Shown piece after piece: positions 59,648 through 64,000 of a stretch of 64,000 nucleotides of DNA (position 1 is its first letter; the number at the start of each line of letters is the position of its first letter). The translations under genes and the position numbers were made by a program. The notes below the pieces were generated by a model. The model was not told where the DNA came from. It saw only the letters and a program-made list of their open reading frames with translations, and did not search any database. The stretch is taken from NCBI GenBank assembly GCA_046538485.1, contig JBKHIT010000004.1:32001-96000 (forward strand). The letters are read 5' to 3'. This DNA comes from Candidatus Brocadiia bacterium (GTDB lineage: Bacteria > Planctomycetota > Brocadiia > SM23-32).

Positions 59648-62155
59648 TCATTCGCTGGAGCCGGCAGCGGCTGCCTCACGGGGTTTCAGAGTCTGATCAT
59701 TGCTCTCCCGGAGTGCAACCGAAAGCACGTCGGACATTGTTTCAGCAAACACAAAATCAAGGCTTTCGCGGGCGTATTCCGGAATATCCCGCAAATCTTT
59801 CTCGTTTTTCTTTGGCAGAACCAGAGTTTCGATACCGGCAGTTTTGGCGGCGATGGCCTTCTCCTTGATTCCCCCCACTGGCAGAACCTTCCCCCGCAGG
59901 GTGATCTCACCCGTCATGGCCACGTCGTAACGAACCAATCTCTCCATGCACAATGACAGCAATGCTGTCGCCATGGTAATACCGGCCGAGGGACCGTCCT
60001 TGGGTATAGCGCCGGCCGGTACGTGTATATGGAAATCATGTTTCTTGAAAATCTCCGGGTCGATATCAAGTTCATCACAATGTGATTTGGCATAGGTAAG
60101 TGCAGCGTGGGCACTTTCTTTCATCACATCTCCGAGTTGTCCCGTGAGAGTGTAATTGCCCTCACCGGGAATCCGGGACGCTTCCACAAAAATGACCGTT
60201 CCCCCCGTCGCAGTCCAGGCCACTCCGGTTGCCACGCCTGGCTCATCCACCCGTTCGGCAACTTCGGGGATGTATTGAGGCGGCCCCAGCATATCCTCAA
60301 CCGTTTTTTCACCGACTTTCTGGCTTTTTGCTTCCTCTTTCACAACCTTAACCGCGACCTTACGGCAGAGCGACGCGATTTCACGCTCGAGATTACGCAC
60401 CCCGGCTTCGCGTGTGTATTCCGAGATTACCCGATTGAGGGCCTCTTCGGAAATCTCGATGTTATCTTCTGTCAACCCGTGGGCTTCAATCTGTTTAGGG
60501 ACGAGGTATTTCAGCGCAATTTGCAGTTTTTCCTCTTCTGTATACCCCGGGAACTCCAGGATTTCCATCCGATCCCGAAGGGCCGGCGGGATAGTATCGG
60601 GTACATTGGCCGTGCAGATGAACATCACTTTGGAGAGATCGAAGGACAAATCGAGATAATGATCGACGTATTCGTCGTTCTGTTCGGGATCAAGCGCTTC
60701 GAGCAACGCACTGGCAGGATCGCCCCGGAAATCTGCGCCGAGTTTGTCGACTTCATCCAACATAAAAACCGGATTATTTGAACCCGCCTTTTTCATGCCG
60801 AGGATGATCTGTCCGGGAAGTGCGCCGACGTAAGTTCGGCGATGCCCTCGGATCTCTGCCTCATCGTGAACTCCTCCCAGCGAAGATCGCACGTATTCTC
60901 TCCCGAGCGCACGGGCGATAGATTTGCCGATGGAGGTTTTCCCGGTCCCCGGGGGGCCTAAGAAACACATGATAGAACCGCGCATATCCTCACGCAGTTT
61001 GCGCACCGCGAGAAATTCCAGCACCCTCTCTTTAACATCCTCCAGTCCAAAGTGATCCTCATCGAGCACGTCTCGGGCTTTTTGAAGATCGAGTTTATCC
61101 GGAGTGCTCTGGAGCCAGGGGAGTTCCAGAATCCAATCGAGATAAGTACGCACGACACTGTATTCGGGGCTTGCGGGATTAATCGCTTCCAGACGTCCCA
61201 GTTCGTGTTCGGCAGTCTCTTGAGCCTCTTGGGGAAGTTTTTTCTCCTCCAGTTGCTCACGAATTTCCTCCACCTGAGCCCCTGGTCCTTTTCCTTCACC
61301 CAACTCATCCTGAATCGCTTTCATTTGTTGGCGGAGCCAGTATTCGCGCTGCGATTCGTCCATTTTATCACGCGCTTCCGACTGTATTTTTTGTGCTATA
61401 CCAAGGTATTCCATTTCCTGAGCGAGCAACACACCGACCCGTTCGAGTCGTTCTCTGGGATCCAGTATCTCAAGAACTTCCTGTTTCTCCGTCAGCGATA
61501 TATCGAGGTTAGCGGCAACAAGATCGGCCAGCCGACCTCCGTTTTCAATCTCATTGAGAAGGGTAACGATATCGTCACCGGTATTGGGCATCATATCGAC
61601 GAATTCCACGAACTGCTCGCGAATATTTCGCATCAGCGCTTCTACAGCCGCGCTCTCCGATTCTTCTTCCGAAATATGGTCCACCTCGGCCACATAGTGG
61701 TCGTTAGCCTGGGACATACTCTGGATTTTGCTTCTCTGGAGCCCCTGGGCGAGGAATCGAAGGGAATCATCCGGCATTCGCACCATCTGGACAATCGCAC
61801 AGGTTGTCCCCATTTCGAACAGATCCCCCGGAGAATCCACGCTATCGGATTCTTCGCGCACGCTAACTGCAAGGAATAGTTTATCGCCAACAACCACCTG
61901 TTCGACAATTTCTTGCAGATCTTCTCGTTCCACATGGGCCGGGACAGCCATCCCCGGGAAAATAACATTCCCGAACTGAGGCAGAACCGGCAGTTCCTCG
62001 GGCAATTCATTCTCATCCAGCTCCTCTCCGACTGGAGAGCCGTCTCCTTCTGATTCTTCCGGACTGAGGGAGAGTTCCCGTATCTGCATTTCCGCGGTTT
62101 CTGAACTCTCTTGCTCAGGAGCGCTTTCTTCGTTGTTCTCTGTTTCTTCGGTCAC
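59648..62155 (-). CDS. lon: ATP-dependent Lon protease
   Basis: Motifs [39 protein letters not shown]; acidic N-terminal extension. Confidence 0.97.
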   Translation of the reverse strand: MTEETENNEESAPEQESSETAEMQIRELSLSPEESEGDGSPVGEELDENELPEELPVLPQFGNVIFPGMAVPAHVEREDLQEIVEQVVVGDKLFLAVSVREESDSVDSPGDLFEMGTTCAIVQMVRMPDDSLRFLAQGLQRSKIQSMSQANDHYVAEVDHISEEESESAAVEALMRNIREQFVEFVDMMPNTGDDIVTLLNEIENGGRLADLVAANLDISLTEKQEVLEILDPRERLERVGVLLAQEMEYLGIAQKIQSEARDKMDESQREYWLRQQMKAIQDELGEGKGPGAQVEEIREQLEEKKLPQEAQETAEHELGRLEAINPASPEYSVVRTYLDWILELPWLQSTPDKLDLQKARDVLDEDHFGLEDVKERVLEFLAVRKLREDMRGSIMCFLGPPGTGKTSIGKSIARALGREYVRSSLGGVHDEAEIRGHRRTYVGALPGQIILGMKKAGSNNPVFMLDEVDKLGADFRGDPASALLEALDPEQNDEYVDHYLDLSFDLSKVMFICTANVPDTIPPALRDRMEILEFPGYTEEEKLQIALKYLVPKQIEAHGLTEDNIEISEEALNRVISEYTREAGVRNLEREIASLCRKVAVKVVKEEAKSQKVGEKTVEDMLGPPQYIPEVAERVDEPGVATGVAWTATGGTVIFVEASRIPGEGNYTLTGQLGDVMKESAHAALTYAKSHCDELDIDPEIFKKHDFHIHVPAGAIPKDGPSAGITMATALLSLCMERLVRYDVAMTGEITLRGKVLPVGGIKEKAIAAKTAGIETLVLPKKNEKDLRDIPEYARESLDFVFAETMSDVLSVALRESNDQTLKPREAAAAGSSE

Positions 62156-62198
62156 GGGATTGCACCTCTATGTTGTCAATCTGGGGTCTTGTGGTAGA

Positions 62199-62648
62199 TC
62201 ATAGACGAATTTTGAACGAATATGCCCGCGTGACGGCTTTCGATATTTTCGGGATTCTAATCATGAGGAATCCATCTTCGTATTCGGCTGTCGCCTTTTT
62301 CGGGTCGAGGGGTTTTCTTATGATAACTCGCCGTTCAAAACGCCCACTTCGTATTTCCATTTGATGATACGCAACGATGTCAGGCTCGTGAGCTGCCGCC
62401 CGATAGCCTCGAATAGTAATGGTCTTCCCCTCAAACTTGACCTCGATATTGCAGGCACAGACGCCGGGGAGCGAAACCTTCATGACCACATCGCTTTCCG
62501 TTTCATAAACATCCATCGGCGGCGCCCATGCATCGTTTCGGCCTCTTGATGCCCGTTTGCTGGGCTCCAAAAAACCATCCACGAGTCGACGGAACGCATC
62601 GAATTCGTCGCGAGATTTCACACGAATTTTTTGGTCTGGGTCAGGCAT
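62199..62648 (-). CDS. Hsp20/alpha-crystallin small heat-shock protein
   Basis: Motifs WAPPMDVYET, LPGV, EIRSGRFER, AEYEDGFL.IRIPK. Start could instead be GTG 62693. Confidence 0.9.
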   Translation of the reverse strand: MPDPDQKIRVKSRDEFDAFRRLVDGFLEPSKRASRGRNDAWAPPMDVYETESDVVMKVSLPGVCACNIEVKFEGKTITIRGYRAAAHEPDIVAYHQMEIRSGRFERRVIIRKPLDPKKATAEYEDGFLMIRIPKISKAVTRAYSFKIRL

Positions 62649-62697
62649 TACTCTGGACTCCCTGCTTTCTTTAAGATAAACACTTCGTGCCACACCG

Positions 62698-63807
62698 TTA
62701 GCTTTTGCTCGCGGCCGCGGTTCGCTTAAATTTGCGCAGAAGTTCTCTTTGATCAGTGGTCAACTTCTTCGGGATAGCCACTTGAACTTCGACATAGTGG
62801 TCGCCCTTGCGTCCTTGGGGTCCTTCAATTCCGCGCCCGTGAAGACGTAGCTTTTGCCCCGGCTGAGTCCCCGCGGGTATTTTCACAGTCAGTTCCCCGT
62901 TCATTGTTTGCACATCTCGCCTGGCACCAAGGGCCGCCTCTGTCATATCCACAGTCACCTGACTGTAGATGTCGAGCCCTTCCCGCCGGAATCGGTGGTG
63001 TTCCCGAACATTAATCTCAAGCAAAAGATCACCCGCAGGCCCTCCCGCAGTACCTGGTTCTCCCATGCCGCTCAGACGAAGTTTTTGCCCGGTTTCAATG
63101 CCGGGCGGCAGGTCGACTTCGACCGACACATCCTGTTCAACCTGCCCTTCGCCGTGACAGACAGAACACGGATTCTGTATTACCTTGCCGCGGCCAAAAC
63201 ACTGGGGGCAAACTTGTGAAACGCTGAAGTCACCCAGGCCGCTCGAGACGCGTCCACGACCACCGCACCGGGGACAGATATCCACTTTCGTTCCTGGAGC
63301 GGCGCCCGTTCCTCCGCATCGCTTGCACTCCTGCATTCGCGGAACCTGGACCGTTACTTTGCCCCCTTTAGCCGCTTTTTCAAATGAAACGGTAACACGA
63401 CTGTGAATATCACGGCCTTTTTGCTGGGGACTGTATTCCCTCCCAGCTCCTCGACCGCTTCCGAAGATATTGCTGAACAAATCCCCGAATCCGCCGGCGC
63501 CCTCAAATTCAGCGCCGCCCTTGCGCGCTCGACCTCCTTTTGATTTTCCCCCGAAAAACTCCTCGAAATTGAAATCTCCACCACCTTGTTTTGCCTGGCG
63601 CAGTTTGTCGTACTTCTTCCGCTTTTCCGGATCAGTCAGTACAGTATGCGCTTCACTTATTTCTTTAAACCTTTCCTGAGCAGCCGTACTGCCTTTATTG
63701 CGGTCGGGATGGTATTTTTTGGCAAGTTTGCGATAGGCTTTGCGGATCTCTTCCTGCGAGGCATCGGCGGAGACGCCGAGTATATCGTAATAATCTTTTT
63801 CTGGCAT
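62698..63807 (-). CDS. dnaJ: Chaperone DnaJ
   Basis: J-domain HPD, G/F region, four CxxCxGxG repeats, C-terminal domain. Confidence 0.96.
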   Translation of the reverse strand: MPEKDYYDILGVSADASQEEIRKAYRKLAKKYHPDRNKGSTAAQERFKEISEAHTVLTDPEKRKKYDKLRQAKQGGGDFNFEEFFGGKSKGGRARKGGAEFEGAGGFGDLFSNIFGSGRGAGREYSPQQKGRDIHSRVTVSFEKAAKGGKVTVQVPRMQECKRCGGTGAAPGTKVDICPRCGGRGRVSSGLGDFSVSQVCPQCFGRGKVIQNPCSVCHGEGQVEQDVSVEVDLPPGIETGQKLRLSGMGEPGTAGGPAGDLLLEINVREHHRFRREGLDIYSQVTVDMTEAALGARRDVQTMNGELTVKIPAGTQPGQKLRLHGRGIEGPQGRKGDHYVEVQVAIPKKLTTDQRELLRKFKRTAAASKS

Positions 63808-64000
63808 AGTCTAAGTTGTCTACAATGTCACAAGGTATTTTCAAAGTAAGCTTTATCGCCCGGAAGCCTCAAGGCAAGCCACGGCTTAGATTATTGTACA
63901 ACCCCTCGCGGTTTTTGCCAAACAAAAGTCCGTCAATATCTTTTGCTCCCCGATCAACCGACCATAATTCGCCCTTCGGGATATTTATATGCCATTCGCC

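Noticed and set aside
63808..64000. CIRCE/HrcA operator upstream of dnaJ-hsp20-lon
   Set aside because: No TTAGCACTC-N9-GAGTGCTAA match in the available upstream sequence.

Overview
Bacterial chromosomal window, gene-dense and moderately GC-rich by eye. A BatA/vWA protein, a DUF6785-like membrane protein, a pilin-like periplasmic domain, a PEP-CTERM remnant and several URO-D-like and sulfatase-like genes suggest an anaerobic PVC-group (probably Planctomycetota) organism; this is inference only. The 1-41 kb part is core or housekeeping: nagA, apgM-like/hom, a glycogen cluster (galT-like, glgA, multi-sensor histidine kinase, stand-alone receiver, glgC, DUF4912, GH57), tatD, cysS, sppA, murJ, trpB2, a GT4 and a GlmU-like gene. 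After tRNA-Gly(CCC) at 41.7 kb comes a mostly + strand accessory glycan-catabolism tract (about 42-55.4 kb) with five visible gene lesions and two dispersed hairpin-repeat families. The window ends with an S9 peptidase, lexA with a divergent small gene, and dnaJ-hsp20-lon. No CRISPR array, integrase, transposase, phage or rRNA genes were recognised. The best candidate for an undescribed system is the cytoplasmic sensor kinase plus single-domain receiver whose gene overlaps glgC inside the glycogen cluster. All family assignments come from recognising motifs by eye, not from database searches.
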